The position numbers and the translations under genes were made by a program. Positions 1-12,100 of a stretch of 62,000 nt of DNA are shown here, in pieces. Position 1 is the first letter of the stretch. Each line of letters begins with the position of its first letter. The notes under the pieces were generated by a model. It was not told the DNA's origin, made no database searches, and worked only from the letters and a program-made list of their open reading frames with translations. Source of the DNA: Acanthaster planci (Eukaryota); assembly GCF_001949145.1 (NCBI RefSeq), contig NW_019091404.1, forward strand, positions 1,860,001 through 1,922,000, read 5' to 3'.

Positions 1-1283
1 GTCCTAACAGGCTAGGGTATCTAGCGGGGGCAGAAGGAGGGACGGCAAGCGGGGGCAGAATGAGGGACGGCTAGGACAGACAGATTCAGAGCCAAAGTTT
101 TTGGTGGGGACAAACTTTTCTTTTCCAATTTGGATTTTATAATGAAACCTTTTACGGTCGTCCTGAGGGGTGAAGTTGTATTTGGAGGCGTTTTTTATGT
201 TTTTGAAATTGAAATGAGACGTACCCAAAGCATCGCCCTTTCTTTTCATTTTTCCAAAAGCTTGACTCAAGGGTAAATCCCCATAGCACCCCCCTTCCCA
301 TCCACTTTTGGGAGCCTGGCAGGGCCAGGGGGCAAGTTGTCCAGTGCTAATGTGTCCAACTGCTAATTTTGTTCAGAAAAAAACTTCTTATCCTGGCACC
401 TAAATTAGTGTTTTACAAGACGATTAGACAGTTAACTTTCAATATTCTTCGGAGGCTTTCACAGTCACATCCCAAATGTCTCCGAGTGTGTATTACGGTT
501 TGGGCCGGACACTAAAAGAGGACCACCTTATGTTAGTCGCTCCAGAGCGCATTAGCGCTCCAAAGCTGCATAATAAATAGAGTAGCGCCATCTTCAGACG
601 TTGGGACCAAAACTGCTATTCACTATGCGTGCACTACAGCTTGCAGCTATTTTTTGCTTTAGAACTGTCCATATGCGGCTCTGACACACAGTAATTATTT
701 TGCTTCCAACTATTGAGACATTCATGTGGCAGCTTTTTTAACCGGCAACGCTTTTACGAATAGCGCCCCCTCGTGACGAAGATTGAACGTTTTCTTAACG
801 TTGGTGAACGTGATGTATTGAAGATACATGTACATCATTCTATGCGTACGTGGTCAATGCGTTTGTACACGAAAGCATCGAGTGGTGCACGCATAATGTA
901 CAGTGTACGAGTGGTATCGTACGGACGTCTGAGACGTCGGTTCTGGGTAGAATGTATCATTTTTTGGTCGGTTAGGAGCGTCAAGTCTCGTAATACTCCT
1001 CACAAAGTTAACTGTCTGGCAGCCCATGAGCTGGGTTGCGATACTGTCCTCTGAATTGTGCAACAAGGCGGTGCTCAAGCGCGTATTTTAGGACGTGACT
1101 ATCTCGATGTTGGTCGTACTTTGGTGGGCATTCATTCACAATCGCTGTTAAGCACCATGTTTATGTAGGTCTTGGTGTTATGCAAATCGACATCGTCAGA
1201 TCATCGATGGCCTTTGACCTGTGTGTGGTTGTACACAAAAGCACGTGGACTTGAGGTTGCCGCACCAGCCCGTGTTGTCCATC

Positions 1284-4200
1284 ATGTCTAGTCAGGCAGA
1301 AGCTTTGCCTGTAAGTACTGGCCACCCAGAATCGTGGAATTTGAGGCCAGATACTGTGGATAGATCCAGCATTTGTGAAGTTTCTGAGCACCAGAACTGG
1401 ATGGCCAAGGAGGCCAGTGATGATCAAGATGATATTGGGAGTTGTCCAAGTGGCAGTGTGCCCAGTCAGGCCAGTGCAAACAGCAAGAACTCGGAAGTGA
1501 AACTCGAACAAGCTTGTCTCCATGAATTAGACAATCAGAGGCGATTGTCAGGATCAAATGATGATGGTTCGGCAGTTGAGGTGAGTGCAAAGAAGAAACG
1601 ACATGCTTCGGTGTCAAATCCTGGGAATCACAAACAGGTAGGGCGGAAGCGTCGGAAGACCACAGACCGCAGTGCTTCCCACCCAAAGTTCCTGATGGGA
1701 GGAAGCATCACGGACCCCTTGAACCTGAACAGTCTGTGCAACGAAGAGGTCTCGCGCTGCCTGAATGCAGCCACGCCCATCTCCTCCCCTCTCCCGCTCA
1801 TCAACAAGGACCCCAATCCAGTGCTGGTTCCGATCGACTTGAGCGATCCGCTCAAGCTGAACACAGTCTGTGGAGAGGTGGACGATGTGGCTAGCCTGAC
1901 ACGAACCCTGACCCCAAAATTGGCCAGCAAGAAGCGCAAGAAACGCATGGACAAGATAACCGAGTCGCACAGTGCTGACGAAGCCACGATTATCAAGAGC
2001 AAGCCATCCAATCTGAATCTGGAAGGTGCCAAAAGACTGCAGCACCACGGAAGCACCTCCAAGATAGTGGATAAAATTGTTTCACCGGTCATCCCTGAGA
2101 GCCAAATTTATCGTAAACGTAAAAAGCAGGAGCCCACGGCAAAAATCTCCAGGGCTCTGCTGATCGAGAGAACAGATTCCAAGCCAAAAGAGGTCAGCCC
2201 GGACAAAAAGACACCCCCTCCCAAGAGGGACAGGACACCTGAGAAGCGCAGGTACAAACGCCAAACGAGCAAAGAGTTACCAAAGTTCAAAGAACAGAAT
2301 AAGAAGTTTCAGTATGGGAACTACCACCGGTACTACGGTTACCGAAACCCCGACCAGGAAGACGACTCTAGAATCCCCTTCCTGAAGAGGAAATGGTTTG
2401 AGGGGAAAACCTGCCTGGACATTGGCTGCAACTCTGGTCACTTGACCCTCTACCTGGCCAGGAACTTTGCTCCGCAGAGGATCACCGGAATTGACATTGA
2501 CGCAACTCTGATTGGGATTGCCCGGAAGAACATTCGCCACTGCCTTGAAATGGACAAAAATCCCGGGCATCAGAAATTCCCCGTATCCATGGAGAAAACG
2601 TATGGGCCAATAAATTCAACCGAACAACCAGCTGAGAGGAGAAAGACCACGGCAAAGTTCCCTGGGAATATGCTTTTCAGATGTGTAAGCTCTCCAGCCA
2701 AATTCATTTGTAAATCTGCTACTTGTGGGGATGCCTTTTGCCTCTCGGTGTTGTACTTGGCACTTTCCAAGTACCAAGGTTCTCTGCCAAATACTGTATT
2801 GAACTGGGTAAGAGGGAATAAAGCTGGAGTGCATAGGCATTTGATTGTAAACGCACAAAGGTTGGATTACAAACTAGCTGTTAGACTTAAGACACCCCGG
2901 TGTTTGTAAAATTTAAGTTTTAAGGAGAATAGTACTCAGCTGGGTACTTTTGTCCTAAAAACTTAATTTTTATTCAACCGTGATAGAATACAGTGATCAG
3001 TTTTCTTTGTTATCTATGTTCACATACTGAATCATCAAATGCTCATGTTTGGTACATTAGCTTTGTTTCCTCCGACATGTATTTAGCAGAGAACTTGATA
3101 CTCAAAAAGTAATCGACTCCAAAAAAATATGCTACCCTCTAGGATCAATTAACCCTAACCACCAAGCATGTTTTTGGTTTACAATACTCACTACATGTAC
3201 TACAAACTACTAAGTAATAGCCTGAGCCTGAAGGACCTAGCGCTACAGATTACTACTTCTGGCTAGGTTACTTCCATTGTTATTTGTACAGAGAACAGTA
3301 AAGCCATGCATTCATAGTGCCACAGCACTGTATGATACATTGTTTTTTCTGTTGTATTTATGGCTTCAAAGAACAATACGGTCGTGTCCTCTTACAAGTG
3401 GCAGTGCTGATTACTACGTTTTACTACAAGTAGTAATTTGTGGTATTATGTAGGGTTAGGGTTAAAGTGTTTTAGTAGAATTATTCACACATCCAAACAT
3501 TGTTTGGTTTGATTGTAATACCCAAACCAAACTTCTAAATGTTGTTTATATCTTAGGCTAACTTTGTTCCTGAAAATGATGACATCATGGAGATGCAGAA
3601 GCCGGAATATGACACTGTTCTGTGTCTGAGCGTCACCAAGTGGGTCCATCTCAACTGGGGGGATGCGGGACTTAAGCGGATGTTCCGTCGTATCTTTCTC
3701 TGCCTCCGGCCTGGAGGCAGGCTGATCCTTGAGTCCCAGGCCTGGCCCTCCTACACCAAGAAGAAGAAGCTGACGGTATGTTTTCATGGGACATAGGGTC
3801 AGAGGTCAGTGGTGTAAAGAAAGTCTGTCACTGGACTGGATGAAAGAGGGTTAACCCGGGGGAAGAGGGACGTCATTTGTTTGAAAGTTTGAAAGTCAGT
3901 CCTTTGGATGGATCTCATTTGTCTCATGGGTCATTTTGTCAAAGGCTGTATTCTGAGGTCAAAGGGCATTGGTCAGAAGTTACAGGTCCACTATGTTTTT
4001 GATGGCACGGCTATTAGACCCAATATAACTGGTTTCAAATGGTCATTGACAAAAGGTAAATAGTCATTTTCGTAGAAAATTGATGGGTTGAAAGGTCGTC
4101 ATTCATGGATCAAAAGGGTAGTTACATAATGGGACATTTAACTGTTCTTTTGTGAAGTTTTGTAAGACTAAGAGAAAAATGAAATGAGCTCTGAACTTTT

Positions 4201-5442
4201 AAAACTCTCCTTCTTTTGTCAAAGTACATTTGTCAAACAATTGACGTTTCTTTCTTGCAGGAGACGATTTACAGGAACTTCAAGCAGATCCAGCTCAAGC
4301 CTGACAAGTTCAAGGACTACCTCCTGTCCAGCCACGTTGGTTTCTCAAGCTGTGAGACTATTGGGACGCCGCTCAACAAGTCCAAAGGTATGGGTGTGGG
4401 AGCCCTCTCTTGTTTGCTTGGAACAGCCGGGCGGACTTGCAGACCGCAGGACGTAAACTCTTTGGGTGTGTTAGGTGGGGCAATGAGTTGATACGCTGGG
4501 TCGTTTCGTCTGACGAAGGGTCGAAGGCATGCATTTGTTTCAGAGTGTGATTTGGTGTTGAAGGGAAGCCCAGACATTTGGGGCAATACATCTTGTATTG
4601 TAAAGTAAAAGCTTTTCAGCAACTTTTCCCATTTCAAATGACTGTGCATTTATACCTCATTAACCAGATTTAGTCCAAAATTTGGGACTTGCATGTACAG
4701 GACTACTCATTGTCATGAATATTATTCATGTTGTAAAATTATCCCTGGATTCCTGAAAGATGTAAAATCCCTCTGTAATCAAATTTATTTACAACCTTAT
4801 CAGTTGCATTTTTTCACCAAGAACAAAACCTGGTTGGTTTTTTTTGGGGGGGCGGGGGCATTTTGATGGATTTAAAATTTTTATTTCTAATGAGAAGGCA
4901 GACATTTAATGAAAAAAACATTCTTCTGCACTTCAGGTTTCCGACGCCCAATTTTGATGTTCACAAAGTTGACCACGTCCAGAGATGGCATAGCCAAGCC
5001 AGAGGTGCCTCCCAGCCCCGGCTGTTCGTCGACGACGAGCAAGATGGAACAACTTGTGGTGCCCACCTTGCATGACACGCCCTCTACTGGTGACCGCACA
5101 CCCCTTGCCGTTCCCCACAAGATTGGTAGCAGACCTTTAGAGTCATCTTGTGCCAAGGGGGAGTGCGCTGCTGGTTCCACCTGCCAAGGCACGAGCATGG
5201 ACCCCCAGCCGGACGACGGCAAGCAGGCATCACGAGACGACAAAGGGAACAGTGTGGAAGTTGAACAGTCGGACCATCTTCCAAAGAGACAGGCTTTGAG
5301 CCAAGCCACAACCGAGACTGAAGAAAAAAAGTTGGACACTAAACGCAGCTTCCATGTGGATGAGTTGGTCGAGGACGGCAAGAAAAGTGGTTCAGAGACC
5401 CCTCCAGCAAAGAAAGTCAAAGCAGAAGTGACAACAGATTAG
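1284..5442 (+). CDS. MEPCE: 7SK snRNA methylphosphate capping enzyme (MEPCE/Bin3), ~750 aa, 4 coding exons
   Basis: Exons 1284-2684, 3557-3775, 4261-4387 and 4937-5442, with GT-AG introns and a continuous frame. Family motifs: [32 protein letters not shown] motif [59 protein letters not shown]. Confidence 0.95.
2909..2970. repeat. Small inverted repeat in MEPCE intron 1 (MITE remnant)
   Basis: aaatttaagttttaaggagaatagtac / gtacttttgtcctaaaaacttaatttt. Confidence 0.45.
3149..3464. repeat. Repeat relic bounded by inverted telomere-like TTAACCCTAACC/GGTTAGGGTTAA
   Basis: Inverted 12-mers at 3149 and 3453, with ACTAC/GTAGT-rich subterminal sequence. Confidence 0.4.
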
Positions 5443-8400
5443 TAGCTAGAAAGAAAAAAAAAGTGTCTTTTGTTTTTTTCCTTTAAGGCCAGTTTGCTAC
5501 CTGTTCATGTTTCTCGTTTTGCATTTTGCGTTTTTGAGAACAAAACGTACTTGCATCAAGATCATTAGGTCTGTGGATCATTAGCTTGTCCTCCAATTAC
5601 TTAATAACACACTTTTTTTCATTAGCATTGCTGATTTGCAAAGAATACTCTCTTAAATTTAGATAACATTTCACCAGTGCTTTTTTCCCTTTCATTTTAG
5701 TGTGTGTAACGTTCTTTTTTCATAACTTGCGTGTCCAAATTCTTTCCTCCTTCACATTGAAGACGCTTTCAGAGCAGCATGCTTTTTATGTTTGAAGTGC
5801 ATGTATGTACAGTGTAGTCACACACTATTTTTATGCAATGCCTCACAAGAATTTTCACCCCTGTAGAAATGAATTTCAAATCCTTTTTTTTTTCGTAAAT
5901 TCCAGCAGATGGAAGTTATCGTGCAGAACAAATCACAACATGTATTAGAAATGAATGATACCTTGATCATGTTTCTTTAGCCAACCGTTTCAAGTACAGT
6001 TCTCCTTACTTGAAGTTCTCCTCAGGTTCCAGTCACTAAACTTGACCGTTGCTCTTGCTCCCCTACCACTGGTCAGAATTTTTCCGCATTTCACTCTAGC
6101 TAGGTCAAGATATCTGATGAAGAGTGTTACAAGTATGGAACTGTATAATTTGTTAGTTGAACCACACAGTGGAGCTCTGTCACTGTGGAGTATCAACATT
6201 TCTGTCTCCAGTCGTCTGGCATCAGGGGTTCATGTGTGAAACCATCAATGTTGGAATGAACTTTCTAAAAGCAACTGGGACAATTTATGTTTAAGGGATT
6301 ACGTCTTTTCCCTTATAAAGGGAAGTCATTATGCCAAAATAATTTGTCTCAATCAAGCAATTTACATGGTTTCCTGTTTAAGCAGTATTCTCTTTTAAGA
6401 AGAGACCTTTTTTTCCCCTTTTCTTTTTTTCCCCCCTACGAGGCACAGCTTCCTGTTTTGGGGAAATAGAATAATCTCTTCAAGACTTTTGTAATGATAA
6501 TGGCACTCGCTGAATTTCATAGGCTGGTGATGTCACCGGCAGTCATAGTGTAACACAGGTGTGAGAAAGGGGACTCATCCCTTCTCCAAGAGGGCTCATT
6601 CGTCCCATGTGTCCTATCTCATCCCTCTAGGGAAACAAACCTGATAGTCCCACCGATTGGGGTGTGCTTTTCAGGTTACACTTACAGCATTAGAGCCATA
6701 TGTCAGGCCTTAATGTCGGCAGTAATTTTATTAGACTCTGTTTGTCCCATCTTCTAACTGCCTTTTTTTTTATACTAAAGCACTGCCAAGAACTGTCAAA
6801 ATTCAGTGTCCTTGCTCCTTAGGGTCGAGGATAAGGCAGGTTTCATTATAAATAAACTTAAGTTGAATCTCTTGGACAGTTTTTTTCCTGTAAGCTTAAC
6901 CCTTGATGTAGAATTGATTCAGTAGGCTGATTTGTAAGGACTGAGGAGACTAGTTTGTGTTTAACACAGTCTGCCATCTTTAATGTCGAGCAGTATTAAT
7001 GCATGGACGATATGTTGTACATGTAGCTAGGGGGACATGGATTTGTTGCCATTATCAAAAATACCAGGTTGGGTGGCTGTAGGTAACAGTGCCCTCCTGG
7101 ATATGGCCAGTCAGTGAAGATAGGTCATCAGAGAGACTTGTGGGAAGTCAATGATGTTTATTCAGCTTTTGGGCCCCAAGGAATTAATTGGCATTTGAAT
7201 CAAGTTTTAAGGAATTTGGTCGATTTTGGTATCAGGAAGTGTTAACAAAATGGTTTTATTCCTCTCAGAAGCAATCCTTAGGTTTTTTTAAAGTCACGTT
7301 ATTAATGCCGATTTCTCAAAAGAGTTATCCAATAGTTTTAAGTGTGCTTCTTTGTCCACTCTTACTATGCCATCTTCATGGATTTTGTTGGATACAGAGA
7401 CACAAATAAAACATTTGAAGTGTTGCTTTCAAAAGCTCTTTCATCCTGAACAAATTTTGTTGTGTTTTAGTTGAACCAAAAATGATTTAATTGAACTCTT
7501 GGACAAGACATTTCTTTATCCTTTATTCCAAATGATTCTGTGCACAGCACCCAGCATTACTAAAGGGTTTTCTTGTTACAAACTGCACTACATTAGCACG
7601 TGTAAAAATCTGCATACGTGCCATATGGGAATCTCACCTAGACAGTCCCGTATCCTCCGATTTCAGTATGATTTTACGCACACCCTGGGGGTTAGGGTTT
7701 AAGGCCGGTTCCGACTTTGCGCGAGAGTGAAAGCAAATGCGAATTTTTTGACGTCAGATCAAATATTCACATCACAAACACACCACAGTGGAACACACTT
7801 TAATTGGAGCGGAATTTGGTGGCAAATTTTTCGTGACGTTAAATTCACTTTCACATTTGCCTCAGCTCAGTCGCTGTAGGTTATTTCAGCAAAAGAATTT
7901 GAGATGTTTGAAAGTACAGTGTAAAATCCCGTTGATTACAGTGATTTTAATTTCTTTTTCTGACTTACACATACATATAACACTACTATTTACTTTACAT
8001 ATATGTAAAACTGGTTTGGGGATCATCCTTAACTTTTAGGTCTGTGTTTCTTGTTTTCATGGAAGAACGTTGAACCCCTGAAAATCGAATCACTCAGTCT
8101 ACCTCTCGTGCTAAGAATGAATTACAATAATAAATCAGAGTCATTAAACAATTTGTTCCAGACAATGAATGTGTAAAGTCGACAACAGGGATTTGCATAT
8201 GTGGAACCATAAATATCATGATACGTGTATTAGGAATTATACTTCTTTTTACATTTGAAATAAGTTAAAAAGAAACAAAATGTACACAGGACGTGTTCTC
8301 ATTCAATACAGCCATAGAGATGTCATTTAAATATATTGCAACAAACGAAATACTTCTATGCATTTAAAATGTTTCCGCAAGCAAGTCTTCCTCAGAAATA

Positions 8401-9177
8401 CGATTCTTAGTTATATTTTAAGCAGTTCGCCTCATTTCTCAAAAACTGCTACTCCGTCACAAGTTTTTTTGAGTTCTTATCCAAACTTTTCAGTATTCAC
8501 ACAAATCAAAATAGACAAGCTGACACAAATGTGACGTAATTTGCTGAGCGCACTCATGCAAGCATTGTGTGCATTCTTGACTCTTGGAGGCGTGCGTTCA
8601 GCCCTTCTTGGGGGGAAGCAATGTTGGAGCACGTTCATTTGACCTGTGTGTAAGCATCATACCATGTCAGCTTCACGACTTGTAACTGTGGTTGCGTTGT
8701 TGCTTAGCAACAATATCCAGAGGACCGAGACGCTCCCTGCATGCGCTGATTCCTGTATTTGTGGTGTGGAAGGTAATTCCAGTGCATGTACATCCCACAG
8801 TATTATCAAAGCGTGAGAAAAGCATCAGCAGGAAACAAAGGGTTCTCTCAAGAGGAGAGGACATCGCCATGACAACCACCGTCTCACCTACCGAAGAGCA
8901 GCTGATCAAAAAGCCATCTTCCTTGGGAGAGTAGCTGATGAGTAAGCCAGAACTTGGCTACAGTTTGCAGGGTCTTGTCAATAGTTGGCAACAAGTGTGA
9001 GTGGCAAGTAAATCAGCATTCTCCAGGGCCAGTAGAACAAACATTGGCTCTGAAGAGGCCGTTATGGCTGGGCTTTTCCTGGGAAAATTGTTTTTTGCAA
9101 AAGTCGCAATGCTGCAAAGTGCATGACCGTGAAATCTCAAGACAGACTAAACCCCCGCCCCCTCCCCAAAAAATTCA

Positions 9178-12100
9178 TCATTCTAGCAATGGCCATGTAG
9201 TCACAGTGACCTTTGGTAGACTCCCATCCAGCAGTCGATCTAACCACATAGTTAGTCCATCTAATGAGACCGCCTCAGCATATTCCTCAGATTCAGAGTC
9301 CGAGCTGTCCAAGAGACCAACAAAGCCTACGTCTATTTCGTCACGTCGCCTCCTTGACCTTTGACCTTGCGAGGACTTGAAGACAAAGTAGAAACTTTTC
9401 GAGGGGCGAATCGCTAGTATGGTGCCTATGACAGAAAAAAACAAGCCTCAAAAATGTAAAGAAAGTCTCTAAAAAACCAAATCCACTGGACTCATCTGAG
9501 ATGCTCTACTCGATATCACATTCTCTGCTGCATTTAAGCTGTTTATAGCCTGGTTTCCATGCTGAACTTACCTAAGCCATTGGGTGTGGCAAACGGCGGC
9601 GGGTCCTCACTGTGGGATCTTAGACTTCCCAGCCACCGTCTGTACTTGTCCAACATCAAGAAGGCTGGTATCAGGAATGGGTGACTGTGGATCAAATCAA
9701 TACATGACAAATCCATAGTCTGTTGAATGAGGCATTGGATCTGTGCATGAACTGCTGAGGGCGCTGTGTTACCGTATCATGAGAGCCAAATGAGGAAACT
9801 AATGGCTTTTGTCAAGTCTCAGCTTTGCATAACCTTCTGCCTCGCCTGGCCAGACCTTTAGGCTCCCAACCAAAGATATTGAAAACAATATTGCCATTTA
9901 ATTTGAAAACTTCTGGGCAAATGCCATTCGGTTGAAACATTTAGGTAGCATTTTCGTTACATCAGATGGAGTCTTTGCAGGCTTGTACACCCCCTGCCAC
10001 ACACCCCAATTTCACTCCAATAGTCAGATCCTGGATTGGCCCAACCAATAGCCAAGAGACGTGTACCTCGCTATGTGCATGTGTGCTTCCTGCTTAAAGA
10101 GCTGAAACAGCGTGTCCTTGCTGCCCTCGTCTGTCAGGAGAAGCAACAGGATATGACCCTGTCTTCCACTGGCCAAGAACTTCTCATAAGTTAACTCGTT
10201 CAGCTCCCGCATGTGGATGTGCCTGAAAAAGGAAACGGTTGATTAAATTTCATAAACACTTCGACAAGAAGCTGGCATTTCAAATCCTAATCACACCTAC
10301 TATCTTTAAAACTGTTCAACACACAGTATGTGACAGACATCCTCTTTTGGTTACAGTTGAAGGCCATTTTAATCTGAGACTCTACCTCAGTCGAAGATTG
10401 GAGCTGTCTGGTTGTGAGTGACCTCTGACCTCTGATGCATATCTGATGAGAACAAAAGGAATAGGTGTGATCAGTTCAAAACAGGAGCAAAAGCGGACTA
10501 CTTGGAAAAATAAGTTTTACATGCACGTTAATGAGAATGTACGCAGTGGGTAAAAACAATTGTGATTTCTAAATTGACGGTATAGCCTGGCTCGTATTAA
10601 TTTGCCTGGGGTTTGATCCACTCTGAAGGTTTAAGTATAAACAATGGGCCATTGGTAAGCTTCCTGCACAGTAGAGGATTTTTGAGGAATCCAGAATATT
10701 CTTCACAAGAGTGTCCAGGGAGTTTTGGGGTATACAGAGGGGACACAAACAAGGTTAAATAGGACTATTTTTACCCTTTTCCTCGCGACATATTTCCAGC
10801 GGATCCAGGCTCCATGGTTTCTTTACTGCAAGTAGAAGGAACACTGAAAATTAATGGTGCAATCAACTTACTTCCAGTAACAGTAAACACAACCACACAC
10901 TTCGACGAAATTAGTTTGACCTTTAAAAGAAATTGCCGCACTAATCCCCAGCTGTATAGATTTCCATGTTTGAAGAAATAAAAAGAAAGAATTGGATTTT
11001 TTAGACAAAATCAGTTTCACATCAATCAGTCTATAAATACGTGAATCACGTACTCTTACCCTGCATGTCGAAGTCCAGCAAATGCAAAGAGGAATGCCAA
11101 CAGATACGCCAGGACGACCAGAACTGCGATAGAAGACTCATTCCTAAAATGACAAGTGGGATTTTCGCAAATCATGAGATGCAATAAAAGGTATTCGTTC
11201 CTGCTCATACATGGACGCCCCAACCAAACTCCAGGACGTTTGACAACCCAACTAACAAAACCTACGTGAAGGTGCGGGCAGGCTTTTTAAAAGGAGCTAC
11301 AGTGCCTGTTGTGTTCAAAAGTAGACTTGAACCCAATTCCTTCTGCTTGCGATGATAGACAACCACTCGACCATCAGGCTTGCCCGAGCTGTCAGATTAG
11401 TTCAAATCCAGTTTTAATACCAAGGGTATAAACTTATTAAAGATGGATGGCTTCAAACATAAAATTTGTTTCTTCACCTCAGAAACACTAATTTGCATAA
11501 AACTTTGAAGGCTGAGACCTCATTTGAATCTATAAACTAAGAGAAACTTTAAATTCATTTTGTATTGGGCAAATTTCATAGAGCTGCTTAAGCACAGAAA
11601 TTGCTTAAGCACAAAGGTTACCAGCTCAAACTCTATGTGATTGTCATGCTAACCAAAAGACAGGTGAATACCATTCCAAAACAATATAGCGTACATCACA
11701 AGAAGTTTTGGTCGATAACCTGATTTGTCAAGCAAGGGTTTTTCACGCTTAAACCAATTGTTTGCTTAAGCTGCGCAATGAAATTGGCCCCTACTCACCA
11801 GGCGGTGAACACAAGTTGCTGTAAGGAGGAGGCAGCCGTTACAAACAGGTTGCAGAAACTGTACACCCATTGCAAGATCCAGTGCTGAAAAAAACAAAAC
11901 AAGAGAAGTCATTTTTATACACTGTGCAAGCTGGACACGATTTTGTTTTTTATTTAAATGTTGAAGTGAGATCGGGAGCATAACAATTTACATAACAAAT
12001 TGCAGCCAGGTAGACGGCACTATCTGTCTGTTCACGCAGGCTTATCAGCGTGAGACAAACAGTGAGTACATGCTGGGGCCATAGTGCTGCCAAGCTGGAA

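Noticed and set aside
1221..1283. GTG-initiated N-terminal extension of MEPCE
   Set aside because: The first in-frame ATG is at 1284, and nothing supports non-AUG initiation.
1288..2570. Antisense ORFs over MEPCE (and similarly over B3GALT6, SDF4, DNAJC16)
   Set aside because: These are shadow ORFs opposite GC-richer coding exons, with no independent motifs.
2685..2909. C-terminal part of the 562-aa ORF
   Set aside because: Read-through into MEPCE intron 1 (donor gtaagc at 2685). Family similarity resumes at 3557.
8540..8605. Hairpin in the probable DNAJC16 3'UTR as a SECIS element
   Set aside because: There is no in-frame TGA in the coding model (the motif is CFSC) and no clear SECIS core.
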